A stretch of DNA of 64,000 nt from an uncultured Gammaproteobacteria bacterium. GTDB lineage: Bacteria > Patescibacteriota > Patescibacteriia > VMEV01 > CAYQCH01. The translations under genes and the position numbers were made by a program. Shown piece after piece: positions 1-9,539 of this stretch. Below the pieces are notes generated by a model. That model had not been told where the DNA came from. It did not search any database and worked only from the letters and a program-made list of their open reading frames with translations. Numbering within the stretch: the stretch's first letter is position 1; every line of letters starts with the position of its first letter. The stretch lies in contig CAYGRO010000001.1 of NCBI GenBank assembly GCA_964352335.1, positions 125,942 through 189,941 of the forward strand. Reading direction: 5' to 3'.

Positions 1-466
1 CCCGGTGCCAGATGGCGTAAGATCCCTTCTTGGGGTCGCGCTCGGACGTGACCACGAGGTCATCATCCATGAACTTCCACGACGGGAAGAGCTCGGCGCC
101 CCTCTTGTAGAGCCTCTCGGCCGTCATGTCGCCGGCCATGACGAGCAGCCGCCCCAGACCGACGCGCGTCTCGGGGATGCGGAGGTCGGAGAAGCTCAGC
201 TCGAGTCCGTAGATCTCGAGGTAGAAAGACTCCCACCAGCGGAGCTGGTCGCGGACATCGTCCTCACAGACCGTCATCTTGCGGGCGTCCCGCGAAACGA
301 TGAGGTCGGCGATCCGCTCGAGGATGTCCTTCCCATCCGGCGTTGCCAGACGGTGGATGTCCTCGTCGGTTCCCCCCTTCATCCGCACAGTCTCGACGAG
401 GCTAGTGATGATGCCGGTGGCGAGCCCCATCCCACTAACGATTGACGACACGTTCTTCTTGGCCAT
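1..466 (-). CDS. hypothetical protein, 5' part only (ORF runs off the window start); high-GC cassette
   Basis: ATG at 466 on the minus strand gives an open frame (MAKKNVSSIVSGMGLATG...) with no stop before position 1. GC is about 60% against a 35% background. The listed + strand ORF 5..445 is its antisense shadow. Confidence 0.4.
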   Translation of the reverse strand, partial: MAKKNVSSIVSGMGLATGIITSLVETVRMKGGTDEDIHRLATPDGKDILERIADLIVSRDARKMTVCEDDVRDQLRWWESFYLEIYGLELSFSDLRIPETRVGLGRLLVMAGDMTAERLYKRGAELFPSWKFMDDDLVVTSERDPKKGSYAIWHR

Positions 467-970
467 TGGTATGGCTCTCCTTCTCTTTTGGCTCGTCCCT
501 CATCTCCACACACCATGCGCGGAGACCCCAGACGAGCCTCGTTCAATGACAGATTTTAACGCAAAATATGCGCTAAAATCTGCCATTGAGTGATTGTAAA
601 GAACAACGAAATAATATAACACGAATTGGACAAAAAAGCAAGCACAGGCCTATTTTTTTCTAATTAAAAAAAATGCATTTGGGCTCCGGGCATTCACCCC
701 TTTTCAGCCAGAGGCTGATCCGCCTTTGGAGGAAATTCCCCTCTGCCCTCCGCCCAAAAAGAAAAATTTTGTTTTGCTTCATTTGAAGAAAAGCTATTAA
801 ATGCAAAAAGGAATGATAAAAAATGTACGTCGTACAACAGCGCCTAAGCGACAAGCCTTTGCTCCGATGATCCGAATAGCCTATCATCTACGCAAAGGCG
901 CGTCGCCTAGGCGCGAACGTTGTCGGTCATTAATTTGTTTTTTCTCTAAATAAAGCTTTTAATTTGTAGT

Positions 971-1447
971 GTGAATAATAACTATCTCAAATTTCGAAAG
1001 GTCTGGTTCTTATTAGTCCCCATCCAAGTGGTATCAATTGTGTCCCTCTTCATCATCACAACTGCTTATGGGTACTGGGATTTCAAGAGTTCAGGGCTTT
1101 TATTTGGATACCCGCTCTCGATTAGCATTCTATTTGTACCGATTTACGAAGAAATCATCTTCAGAGGATTCATTCTTGAGTGGCTCACAAAACAGATGAG
1201 AAAGAATAGTGCCATTATCATTTCCTCTCTCCTTTTCGGACTGTGGCACCTAAAAAACATATTCTTCCTCACTACTGGTGAGTTGATCTATCAAATGCTC
1301 TACACAGCCCTGATTTTCGGACCAATCGTAGCGGTTGTGACCCTAAGAACTAGAACCATCTGGATAGCGGTCATTATTCACTACCTCCACAACATTCTGT
1401 CTGCAGCATCCTGGGATATCCTAGCAATGCTGAACAAATTAACTTGA
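971..1447 (+). CDS. CPBP family intramembrane metalloprotease (CAAX protease/Abi-like)
   Basis: Motifs EExxxR (YEEIIFRG), FxxxH (FGLWH) and HxxxN (HYLHN) within a multi-TM protein. Confidence 0.75.
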   Translation: MNNNYLKFRKVWFLLVPIQVVSIVSLFIITTAYGYWDFKSSGLLFGYPLSISILFVPIYEEIIFRGFILEWLTKQMRKNSAIIISSLLFGLWHLKNIFFLTTGELIYQMLYTALIFGPIVAVVTLRTRTIWIAVIIHYLHNILSAASWDILAMLNKLT

Positions 1448-1574
1448 TGGGAAAAAACAAATTCACGAACCGACAACAGCGGTCTATTCGACATATCACC
1501 ATGGTCAAAAACCATACCATGTCGATTCATCGCATAGACCGCAAACGTTAGCTGAAATTTCACCCCTCCTCACT

Positions 1575-2222
1575 ATGATAGATAAACAAACATTTGAATT
1601 AGTAAACAAGTTGTGGGATTACCACCACGTTAATCAATTTCTTGAAAAATCTGATTGCATTTTAGTTCTGGGTAGTCATGATTTGAGGGTCGCCGAAAGA
1701 GGCGCAGAATTATATCTTCAAGGATTGGCACCTATTATAATTTTTTCTGGTGGCCTTGGAAATTTTACAAAAGAAATTTGGGATGAAGCTGAGGCTGACA
1801 AGTTCGCAACTATTGCTATGAATATGGGAGTTCCGCGTGATGCAATTTTGATCGAAAATAAATCAACGAACACTGGCGAAAATATTTTATTTACGCAACA
1901 GTTGCTAAAAGAAAAAGATCTTGATCCGCAAAGTTTTATCGTTGTGCAAAAACCATATATGGAAAGAAGGAGTTATGCGACATTTAAAAAGCATTGGCCT
2001 GACAAAAAACTTGCAGTAACATCGCCCCAAATTTCTTTTGAAAAATACCCAAACGATGAAATTCCGCTTGAGAAGGTGATAAATATCATGGTCGGCGACT
2101 TACAAAGGATTAAAATCTACCCAGAAAAAGGGTATCAAATTTTTCAAGAGATACCAGAGAATGTGTGGTCAGCGTACGAAAAACTTGTCGACCTTGGCTA
2201 TACTGATCACTTGGTTAAATAA
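1575..2222 (+). CDS. YdcF/DUF218 (ElyC/SanA-like) family protein
   Basis: Typical DUF218 core (ILVLGSHD ... IIFSGG ... TNTGENI). Confidence 0.65.
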   Translation: MIDKQTFELVNKLWDYHHVNQFLEKSDCILVLGSHDLRVAERGAELYLQGLAPIIIFSGGLGNFTKEIWDEAEADKFATIAMNMGVPRDAILIENKSTNTGENILFTQQLLKEKDLDPQSFIVVQKPYMERRSYATFKKHWPDKKLAVTSPQISFEKYPNDEIPLEKVINIMVGDLQRIKIYPEKGYQIFQEIPENVWSAYEKLVDLGYTDHLVK

Positions 2223-2459
2223 ACAGGAGGAGTGAAACATCATATAACACTGGCTATGCGGTTCAGCTTCGCTTCACCCATATTTGCTTCGGAAACATCA
2301 CACACGCAAACGTTATATGAAATAGCTTTTTGTCTTCTGGGCTTCGCCCAGTTTTTTAAATGGAAAGAATTTGATTTATTAAATTAGGGATGTTCAGGTG
2401 TCACTTGCTCATTTTATGATAAAATCGTTGGCACAGTTGTAAAGAACAACTAAAAACTT

Positions 2460-3191
2460 CTACTTAACCAACCTCGTCTCAACCGTACTTAACAATTCCG
2501 TCGCAAATTCAAAATTAGCAAATAATGCTAATGAATTGGTAAACACCAAAATCCCTAAAATAATTAAAAGCGCACCAAACGCACCATTAATATATTTAAC
2601 GTATTTAGAAAATTTGCTAATAAATTTAGCGGCTGGGCTAGCAAATAATCCCACCAATAAAAATGGGATCCCTAAACCTAGTGCGTAAACAAGTAGTAAG
2701 CTAAAGGCGGCACCTGGTTGTGTTGCAGCCAATCCTAATATCGCTCCTAATACTGCACCAACACAAGGAGTCCAACCAGCAGCAAAGGCGGCACCAAAGA
2801 CAAATGATGTGAGATATTTTGAATTGAATTTTTTCTTTACTCTAAACTTATGTTCTTTTTCTAAGGCAGAAATTTTAATAAGTCCTGTTAAGTAAAGCCC
2901 AAAGAAAATAATTATAACACCACCAACTCGCCCCGCCCAAAGAGTGGCATCATAAGCGACTGAAGCTAAAATGGTATTTAAGATAACTCCGAGTAAGGCA
3001 AAAATGACCGAGAAACCTAAAACAAAAAAGAGACTATTTACAAAAATAGCCAGTCGATGATTTTTAGATTCGTCTAAAGACGTTCCTGCGAGATACGATA
3101 AAAAACCAGGAATAATTGGTAGAACACAAGGAGATAAAAAAGAAACAAGCCCCGCTAAAAAAGCGATAAAAAAACCAAATTCAGAATACAT
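2460..3191 (-). CDS. ccdA: cytochrome c-type biogenesis protein CcdA (DsbD-like thiol-disulfide transporter)
   Basis: Polytopic membrane protein with Cys in TM1 (SPCVLPIIPGFLSY) and a second Cys (WTPCVGAVLGAIL). Confidence 0.75.
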   Translation of the reverse strand: MYSEFGFFIAFLAGLVSFLSPCVLPIIPGFLSYLAGTSLDESKNHRLAIFVNSLFFVLGFSVIFALLGVILNTILASVAYDATLWAGRVGGVIIIFFGLYLTGLIKISALEKEHKFRVKKKFNSKYLTSFVFGAAFAAGWTPCVGAVLGAILGLAATQPGAAFSLLLVYALGLGIPFLLVGLFASPAAKFISKFSKYVKYINGAFGALLIILGILVFTNSLALFANFEFATELLSTVETRLVK

Positions 3192-3223
3192 AAAATAGGA
3201 TTAACAATAGAGAATGAATAATC

Positions 3224-3442
3224 TTATTCTAAGTTATTTTGTAATTGAAAGCGAACCAATTCTTTGCCGTCTTGCTCAACAGGCTGTAAAAAAAGATCTA
3301 GAGGCCTTGCCCAAATTTTTTCTGGTTCCTGAATATTTTGATACACAACCATCTCTTCTAAACTCTCTGAATGTTTGGCTAATGCAAGAATTTTATATTC
3401 TCCCCCTTTATAGTGTTTATACATTTGTCCTATTTCTATCAT
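3224..3442 (-). CDS. DUF1653 family protein
   Basis: YKHYKGGEYKI signature motif. The overlapping + strand ORF 3214..3444 is rejected. Confidence 0.55.
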   Translation of the reverse strand: MIEIGQMYKHYKGGEYKILALAKHSESLEEMVVYQNIQEPEKIWARPLDLFLQPVEQDGKELVRFQLQNNLE

Positions 3443-3453
3443 AAAACCTCGAT

Positions 3454-3861
3454 CTAAATGATTTCTTCTTCCTCTTCTTCAGGTTCTTCGCCTAATAAAA
3501 TTTCTGATGAATGAAGCATTTCTTTAACTAGTCGAGCTCCTTTCATTTGTTTATCGGTAAGCTTTTCTTTATATTGTTTTAATTCTCGCCCTACTTCATC
3601 TTTAAGGGCATCTATTGCGGCATACAAATCGGCATGCACAGCTTCTGCACTTATTAATTGACCTGGTACATCAATATTTGCCTCTGCTTTATAAACATCG
3701 CCTTTTTGATGATGATTTGTTGTTCGTTCTAATAAAATATCAACCGATGCATGTGTCCCTTCTGGTAAAAATTTTGATAACTCTGTTATTTTATTCCACG
3801 CATATTCTCGAATTGGCTCTGTTAACTCCATGTGATTAGCCTGTATTTTATTGAGCTTCAT
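3454..3861 (-). CDS. hpf: ribosome hibernation promoting factor (RaiA/HPF family)
   Basis: N-terminal YfiA/HPF fold sequence (MKLNKIQANHMELTEPIREY...) with an acidic C-terminal tail. Confidence 0.85.
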   Translation of the reverse strand: MKLNKIQANHMELTEPIREYAWNKITELSKFLPEGTHASVDILLERTTNHHQKGDVYKAEANIDVPGQLISAEAVHADLYAAIDALKDEVGRELKQYKEKLTDKQMKGARLVKEMLHSSEILLGEEPEEEEEEII

Positions 3862-3959
3862 AGATTTTAAATCAATGGTTATCTACCCCATTATACAATT
3901 TTTCCAAAGAAATGTCTCAAGCCCCTTGTCATCCCCAAGTAGGCGGGAGTGACAAAAAG

Positions 3960-4829
3960 CTATTTCTGACAACTCACACAAAAATGGGTTCCTCGCCCGG
4001 CTAATTTGGTTTTTTGAATATAATCATCTCCACATCGATCACATCTTTCCCCTTCTCGTCCATAGACTTTTAGATAATCAATATACCCGCCTTTTTTTCC
4101 AGAAGCATCAACAAAATTGGAAAATGTCGTACCACGTTTGGCAACCGCTTGTTCTAAAATAGTATTGCAAGCAGTAAAAAGTCTTTTCTTTTCTGGCCGG
4201 GTAAGCATATTAACCAATCGATCTGGTAGAATTTTAGCTCGATAACAAATTTCATCTGCATAAATATTTCCAATACCTGCAATAACTTGTTGATTGAGTA
4301 AAAGCGCTTTAAGAGAAGTTTTTCTGCGTTCAAATAGGTTTTCAAAAGCCTCCCAAGTAAAATCTAATGTTAATGGTTCAATGCCAAATTTGCTCAAAGC
4401 TGTGGCTGTTTGCACTTCATTGGCGAGATGAAGATATCCAAAGGTTCGTATATCATTAAAATAGAGAATAGATTCATCTGCAAAGTGAATGGCAATATGC
4501 GTATATTGATTTGGCAATTCATCAATCTTTGCCATCGGATGCCCACCGACAATAAGACCGCCAGGAATTTGGCAAATAAGTTGTCCAGTCATTTTTAAAT
4601 GAATCAGAAGTGTTTTATCACCATAGGCAAGCTCAAAAAATAAGAGTTTTCCTCTACGTCTTACTTGTTCAAATCTATTTCCTTCCAAGACGGAAATAAA
4701 TTCTTTTTCGTCATTTTTAAGACAACGCCCAGTTAGCGCTTCTACTTTACGAATGCCTTTTCCTAAAATGGCATATTGTAAATCTCTTCGAATGGTTTCT
4801 ACTTCTGGCAATTCAGGCATAATCGACAA
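3960..4829 (-). CDS. mutM: formamidopyrimidine-DNA glycosylase
   Basis: N-terminal PELPEVE catalytic motif and a C-terminal zinc finger CxxC...CxxC. Confidence 0.9.
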   Translation of the reverse strand: MSIMPELPEVETIRRDLQYAILGKGIRKVEALTGRCLKNDEKEFISVLEGNRFEQVRRRGKLLFFELAYGDKTLLIHLKMTGQLICQIPGGLIVGGHPMAKIDELPNQYTHIAIHFADESILYFNDIRTFGYLHLANEVQTATALSKFGIEPLTLDFTWEAFENLFERRKTSLKALLLNQQVIAGIGNIYADEICYRAKILPDRLVNMLTRPEKKRLFTACNTILEQAVAKRGTTFSNFVDASGKKGGYIDYLKVYGREGERCDRCGDDYIQKTKLAGRGTHFCVSCQK

Positions 4830-4877
4830 TTAACTTAGTTCGCCTATTTTACCTGTTTTTTTAATAAAATCAACTAC

Positions 4878-4906
4878 TTGCGAATCCCTTTTGTGATTGC
4901 TATTAT
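4878..4906 (+). promoter_or_regulatory. sigma70-like promoter, TTGCGA-17-TATTAT
   Basis: -35 at 4878-4883, 17-nt spacer, -10 at 4901-4906. No CDS lies downstream. Confidence 0.45.
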
Positions 4907-4913
4907 ATTTTTC

Positions 4914-5360
4914 AGGACTAAGTGACCCTGGACACTCCTGACATACTTAGCTTCTACCTAAGTTGATTCCAGTAACATAACATGGAGTATCGTGAAGCTG
5001 AACTTCCAAATTGGTAGCATGAAAAGCTACCACACCACGACGTTCGCAATCAGCACCCACTGAACCGCCAAGTCCCAAGGAAAGGAGGTGCCGTTGAAGA
5101 GCTCGATCTTTGACAGTTACTGACTCCCTCACTTGAAGCGCATACATGCGCTTCCACCGAAGCAGCCTAAAAAGGCTGGAAAGGAGGAAAATCATACCTT
5201 ACACTACAGAAGGCAGTTGCTCATCAACGAGTAGCACTATCTTCGGCTAGCGAAGGCCGCACAACCTAACGGCCGACCTGACAACAGCAGTACAAATCTC
5301 GCTGTATACTCGTCGGCCGTAACACAAAAGAGACATCTGATAAGATGTCTCTTTTGTTTG
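4914..5360 (+). ncRNA. unclassified structured non-coding RNA, about 440 nt
   Basis: Promoter upstream and a rho-independent terminator at the end. About 50% GC in a 35% GC genome. Several perfect hairpins, for example gaagcgcat-ac-atgcgcttc and ggtagc-atgaaaa-gctacc. No convincing ORF. Confidence 0.45.
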
Positions 5361-5366
5361 TTTTGA
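5327..5366 (+). terminator. rho-independent terminator
   Basis: aaaagagacatc / tgataa / gatgtctctttt, a 12-bp perfect stem, followed by gtttgttttg. Confidence 0.65.
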
Positions 5367-5374
5367 TGTTTTGT

Positions 5375-7372
5375 TTATTGGTTTTGAATAACAGGGTCTA
5401 AAATAATTGAACCATAATGCATGGTAACAAAAACTTTGTATTTCCCACTTGAATCTGGTTTAAAGTAAAAACCTAATCCAAGGCTATTCCAATCTTCGTG
5501 GTAAATTGTTCGATAATGATCACCATTTGTTGCAGCTTCAGAAAGAAAGAATGCTAAGGTATCATCTAATACTTTTTTTACAGATTCTGTTGAACCATCT
5601 GCGATCCCCCATGCAATATTTTCTGTAAAGTAATTATCATTCCACCCACCTTCACTATGACGAACTGTCCATTGTAAACCTTTTGTTTCAATCCATTGGT
5701 GCATGCTTTTTCCATCTGGGCGAGTATGCGTTGCAGAATTAATAGAACCCATATATCCAGCCCATTCAGAAGCAGTATTTACCCAACGTTGTTCTAATGT
5801 TAATTCACGTAAATCTTTTTCTGCTCGTAGGTTATTTATTTTTCCTGCCCAATATTCATTTAAAGCAATCAAATCTACTCCTTGTGGAATCGTACCTGCT
5901 TGATAAGGACTTTCTTGTACACCAGAAGTTACAAGCCCTTGTACATTTAATACAATTTCATTGCTATAAATATCACAAGCATCTCCAGTATAACGACAAA
6001 CTCTAAAATAATATTTACCTGCAGGCATATTTACTTTTCTAAACTCAAAAGCATTTGGGTCTGCGATATAGATAGAAGAATTTTCTGGATACGTTGGTAA
6101 TTGATCAATTGAATAAACAATTTTATATCCTAAAGAAGAATCTAAGCTTGTTTTTTGCCAACTCAACTTTACAACATCATTTTCTAATACGCCTGATAAT
6201 TGAATAGATCCACCAGGAAGAACCGAAGAACCATCGTTTTCAGAAATAAATATTTTTATATCATTACTATAAACACCACATGTTTTTCCTGTATATTGGC
6301 AAATACGGAAATGGTACTCTCGCCCATCACTTGCTACTTTAAATGCCATTTTTCTTATTTTTTCATCGTCTACAAAAATGGCAGTATCCTCAGAAAGTGT
6401 TGGATTCACTTTTGTACCATAAACTATTTTAAATCCTCGTGAAACATTTGTTTGGTTTACTGACCAGGAAAGATGAACAGTATTATCAATCAATTGACCA
6501 CTTAAACCAATGCTTCCAAAAACTTCTAATTCATCATCTTCTGGGATTTCATTTTTTACATCAGGAATTTCTTCTCCTCGTTTTTCGGCAAGAAAAACAT
6601 CAAAACTTTCAAAAGAAATTTCTTCTAAATCCTTATTAGAAATACCTAAACTAAGCTCTCGCATAATGCGATATGCTTCTGCCCCATCTTTTAGATAATG
6701 AACTGATAAATCTGTTGGATTAATATAATACGCTTCTCCATGAAGCTCTACAGCTAAAACAATTTTTCCTTTTACTTGTGTTGCTAATGTTTTATCTCCA
6801 GCTAGTAATCGATTAATATCTGCTGTAGAAGCACCTAAACCAAATTCACGCATCATTTGATAAGCAGTCGCTCCATCTTTCATATAAAAACGACGTCCAT
6901 CATCTGGATGCACATACCATGCTTCCCCATGATTTTCTACTTGGAGCAAAATATAACCACGAAGCTTTCTTGAAAGCTCAGTGTCTTTCACTTCATTTGA
7001 TGAAGTTGTTTCTTTGGCTTGCGTTGTTTCAATTTTCACAGCATCACCCTTTTCACCTGTAAATTGACGACCAGTAACCGTAATAAATGTATTCCAAACA
7101 TATCCTTTTCTTCCATCTTTCATTAATACAAGGTACCAACCATCTGCTTCTCCAATAATATCGACGGTAAGTCCTGCAGAAATACTTCCAACTGTGGAAC
7201 TATCCATACAAGTCATATCTCGCATATTAACGGTTGAGTTAACGGAACCAGTCCATTTAACGGTTGTAACAGGTTCTGTACAACTTCCTGCTTGTGCTTG
7301 AATAACCAAGCTTGCTGAGAGCAATAAAGTGCTCATCAAAGCGATACTCAGTCCTAAAATGCGCTTATTCAT
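5375..7372 (-). CDS. secreted multidomain protein: signal peptide, SH3b-like, two ~50-aa repeats, two FN3-like repeats, C-terminal CAP/SCP (YkwD-like) domain
   Basis: Signal peptide MNKRILGLSIALMSTLLLSASLVIQAQA. Internal repeated modules. C-terminal CAP motifs HTRPDG and ENIAWG. Confidence 0.6.
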   Translation of the reverse strand: MNKRILGLSIALMSTLLLSASLVIQAQAGSCTEPVTTVKWTGSVNSTVNMRDMTCMDSSTVGSISAGLTVDIIGEADGWYLVLMKDGRKGYVWNTFITVTGRQFTGEKGDAVKIETTQAKETTSSNEVKDTELSRKLRGYILLQVENHGEAWYVHPDDGRRFYMKDGATAYQMMREFGLGASTADINRLLAGDKTLATQVKGKIVLAVELHGEAYYINPTDLSVHYLKDGAEAYRIMRELSLGISNKDLEEISFESFDVFLAEKRGEEIPDVKNEIPEDDELEVFGSIGLSGQLIDNTVHLSWSVNQTNVSRGFKIVYGTKVNPTLSEDTAIFVDDEKIRKMAFKVASDGREYHFRICQYTGKTCGVYSNDIKIFISENDGSSVLPGGSIQLSGVLENDVVKLSWQKTSLDSSLGYKIVYSIDQLPTYPENSSIYIADPNAFEFRKVNMPAGKYYFRVCRYTGDACDIYSNEIVLNVQGLVTSGVQESPYQAGTIPQGVDLIALNEYWAGKINNLRAEKDLRELTLEQRWVNTASEWAGYMGSINSATHTRPDGKSMHQWIETKGLQWTVRHSEGGWNDNYFTENIAWGIADGSTESVKKVLDDTLAFFLSEAATNGDHYRTIYHEDWNSLGLGFYFKPDSSGKYKVFVTMHYGSIILDPVIQNQ

Positions 7373-7456
7373 AGAAAAAAAAGTTAATCAATGATTAATT
7401 ATTGTCGTTTGATTATAGGGAAAATAAACCACTTTGAAAAGCGAAAACTCCCTGAT

Positions 7457-7485
7457 TGACAAAATGTGATATTTTCTTTATATTT
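7457..7485 (+). promoter_or_regulatory. sigma70-like promoter, TTGACA-17-TATATT, upstream of the paired receiver genes
   Basis: Sequence match only. Confidence 0.4.
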
Positions 7486-7568
7486 ACTTGATTGTTTTTT
7501 CATCTTAGCGATAAATCTTTGTATTTATCTTTATGATGAAAATGACCACAGAAAGGGTCTAATAATTA

Positions 7569-7960
7569 TGTGCAAAATCCTTTGCGTCGATGACGACAAG
7601 GTAATGCTCCTCCTTATCGAGGAGTTCCTCGAGTGCAAATTTCCATCAGTAACGGTGGTTACCCATCAGTCCCCGCTCGAGGCAATCTCACAAGTCAAGA
7701 ATGACGAGAACATCAGTCTTGTCATCACTGACTGCGACATGGGCGAAGTGTCCGGCTTCGATGTCATCGAGGCCTGTATCGCGAAAGGCCTCCCCTCTGC
7801 CATCATGGTGAGTGGAGACGACACCAACCTAAAAACGGCGCTGTTCAAATTCAAAGACAAAATCCACTTCCAGACGCTCAACAAGCCAGCAAGCTTGCGA
7901 GAGCTGGAAGTGACCATCCGACACTCATTGGAACAACCAGAAAGGAAGTCTTGCTTATGA
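7569..7960 (+). CDS. single-domain response regulator (CheY-like receiver); high-GC cassette
   Basis: Acidic pocket CVDDD, phospho-acceptor Asp in ITDCDM, Ser in MVSGDD, conserved Lys-Pro (LNKPAS). GC is about 52%. Confidence 0.6.
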
Positions 7961-8352
7961 GCATCATCATCTACGTAGAAGACGAGGAAGAGTTCAGCGA
8001 CAGACTATTCCCACTCCTACAAAACCACTTCTCCGAGCATGAAGTCCTGCACTTCTACTGTGGAGGGCAAGCCATCTCTGCTCTTCGACAGAGAAGGGAT
8101 ACCGTCTCACTTCTCATCACCGATATCGCACTTGGTGTTAAGATCGACGGTCTTCAAGTGGCGCGTGCTGCGATGGAGCTTGGTATCAAACGGATCTTCA
8201 TCCTCTCAAGACAGGCCGAAGATCCGCTGAACAACCTCTACATCGACAGATTTGCCCAAAAGTTCGGGTCCACATTCAGGCTCAAGAACAAGCCAGAAGA
8301 CCTAGCAACAACCATCCCACTTATCAAGGAGCTGCTCAATGCAGATATCTAA
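7957..8352 (+). CDS. second single-domain response regulator (receiver)
   Basis: ATGA overlap with the upstream gene. Motifs YVEDEEE, LLITDIAL, ILSRQ and Lys-Pro (KNKPED). Confidence 0.6.
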   Translation: MSIIIYVEDEEEFSDRLFPLLQNHFSEHEVLHFYCGGQAISALRQRRDTVSLLITDIALGVKIDGLQVARAAMELGIKRIFILSRQAEDPLNNLYIDRFAQKFGSTFRLKNKPEDLATTIPLIKELLNADI

Positions 8353-8377
8353 GAGGTGGAGGTGGAACCACACAACC

Positions 8378-8432
8378 CCGCTCCCGCTCGCCGAGTCGCA
8401 AGACATGGCTAGAGCGGGCGGGGTTGTATTCA
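8378..8432 (+). terminator. GC-rich hairpin terminator
   Basis: caaccccgctcccgctc ... gagcgggcggggttg, followed by a T-rich tail. Confidence 0.5.
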
Positions 8433-8501
8433 TTTATTGACCAAGTAAAAGCTTCATGCTATTTATTAAACAAATGTCACGATAAAAGTATTAAATAAGC
8501 A

Positions 8502-9155
8502 TTGAATATTTTTATTGGCAAAGCAGTCCAAGGAGGACTGTTTTGTATTACCAAACAACAAAACAAGAAAGAGAGCATTTACGTGCTCGAGAATACTCCC
8601 GTGCCGTCTCGTGTCTCGGTCATCACCGACTATACGAGTGGAATGGCTATTGGCAACCGGTTCAAGATCTTGATGGGACATATCCTTTCTGGTGTTGACC
8701 CGAAAGTCTTTTCTCGGGCCGAAGAAGCTCGACAGTGGATCTCTACCAATCGACACCAACCCCCATTCCTCTACAACATCATGTGGCCCATACTAGACCA
8801 CTTCAACTCCCCTGAAGAACTGGGAGAAGAAATCCGTCGTGTCGGGTGGCTCGTCTGGGGCCTTGAACCCTTTGTCCTCAAGGGGATCAGTCACATCCTC
8901 ATCTACGGCATTCCTGGCCGAGCGGAGATCAAAGCTTCTTTGATGAAGATGCAATTCCCCAAAGACGAGGAAACCAAGCGCTTCAGCCTGCAGGTCGAAG
9001 CTGAGCTTGAGCAACATCGACCGTTGGGTGAACCACGTCAACCACCTGTCACCGACTACATCGAGATGGGGAAAAAGGGAGACGCCGTGGACCGTCTCTG
9101 CTTGCTCTGGGGCAACTGCCAAGACGTCGCCAACCGAACCCGAATCCGCTCTTGA
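8502..9155 (+). CDS. hypothetical protein partnered with the two receivers; start uncertain, GTG at 8583 is an alternative
   Basis: Long ORF in the same high-GC block. No family recognised. Confidence 0.4.
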   Translation: MNIFIGKAVQGGLFCITKQQNKKESIYVLENTPVPSRVSVITDYTSGMAIGNRFKILMGHILSGVDPKVFSRAEEARQWISTNRHQPPFLYNIMWPILDHFNSPEELGEEIRRVGWLVWGLEPFVLKGISHILIYGIPGRAEIKASLMKMQFPKDEETKRFSLQVEAELEQHRPLGEPRQPPVTDYIEMGKKGDAVDRLCLLWGNCQDVANRTRIRS

Positions 9156-9202
9156 CAACCCAGATATTCTGTCCTATGCTAGGTACAGGATAGGAGGAAT
9201 CC

Positions 9203-9310
9203 ATGAACGAAATCGAAAAGGCCTTCGCGGCCGCCCTCGACGCCAAGATCAACTCGATCTCGGCGAAGAAGACCGAGCCTTCCGAGGCTCACACCACGTC
9301 CGCGGCCTAG
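9203..9310 (+). CDS. small ORF, 35 aa (MNEIEKAFAAALDAKINSISAKKTEPSEAHTTSAA)
   Basis: Strong SD GGAGGA 6 nt upstream of ATG. Below the ORF-track length cutoff. Inside the high-GC block. Confidence 0.35.
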   Translation: MNEIEKAFAAALDAKINSISAKKTEPSEAHTTSAA

Positions 9311-9539
9311 CACCATGCTGGGCCACAACAATTCGTCGCAACCGCCTTGAGGTGGAACCAGTCATCGCTCTCCCGAGCAACCGACCAGTTCCACCTCTTC
9401 GCCTTTATAGGGACTTTTTCAAGTCTTTTTTTAATACAAAAAAACACCCATCTCTAGGTGCCAACCATCTTAGCAAAAGCCTACTCTCCTACTTTCCTAC
9501 TAGCTTTTAGCAAAGTAGCTAGTAAGAGGGTAGCGACAA

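Noticed and set aside
5-445. 146-aa + strand ORF in the first high-GC block
   Set aside because: A longer open frame on the minus strand (ATG 466, running off the window) covers the same region. High GC inflates antisense ORFs, and the + frame has no start context.
3214-3444. 76-aa + ORF
   Set aside because: The antisense partner 3224..3442 carries the DUF1653 YKHYKGGEY signature.
4947-5195. 82-aa minus ORF inside the candidate ncRNA
   Set aside because: No RBS, odd composition (Arg/Leu/Gly-rich), and the region is bounded by a promoter and terminator on the opposite strand.
4914-5360. Assignment of either long ncRNA (4914..5360 or 20725..21086) to RNase P RNA
   Set aside because: I looked for the P4 strands (GGAAAGUCCGG / ACAGAAnCCGGCUUA) and the GGUGAAA P10/11 elements on both strands and found only partial matches. 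I am leaving the class open rather than naming it.
7666-9252. Minus-strand ORFs 7666..7917, 8466..8759, 8793..9158 and 9049..9252
   Set aside because: They are antisense to REC-domain and partner ORFs that have recognisable motifs and start signals.
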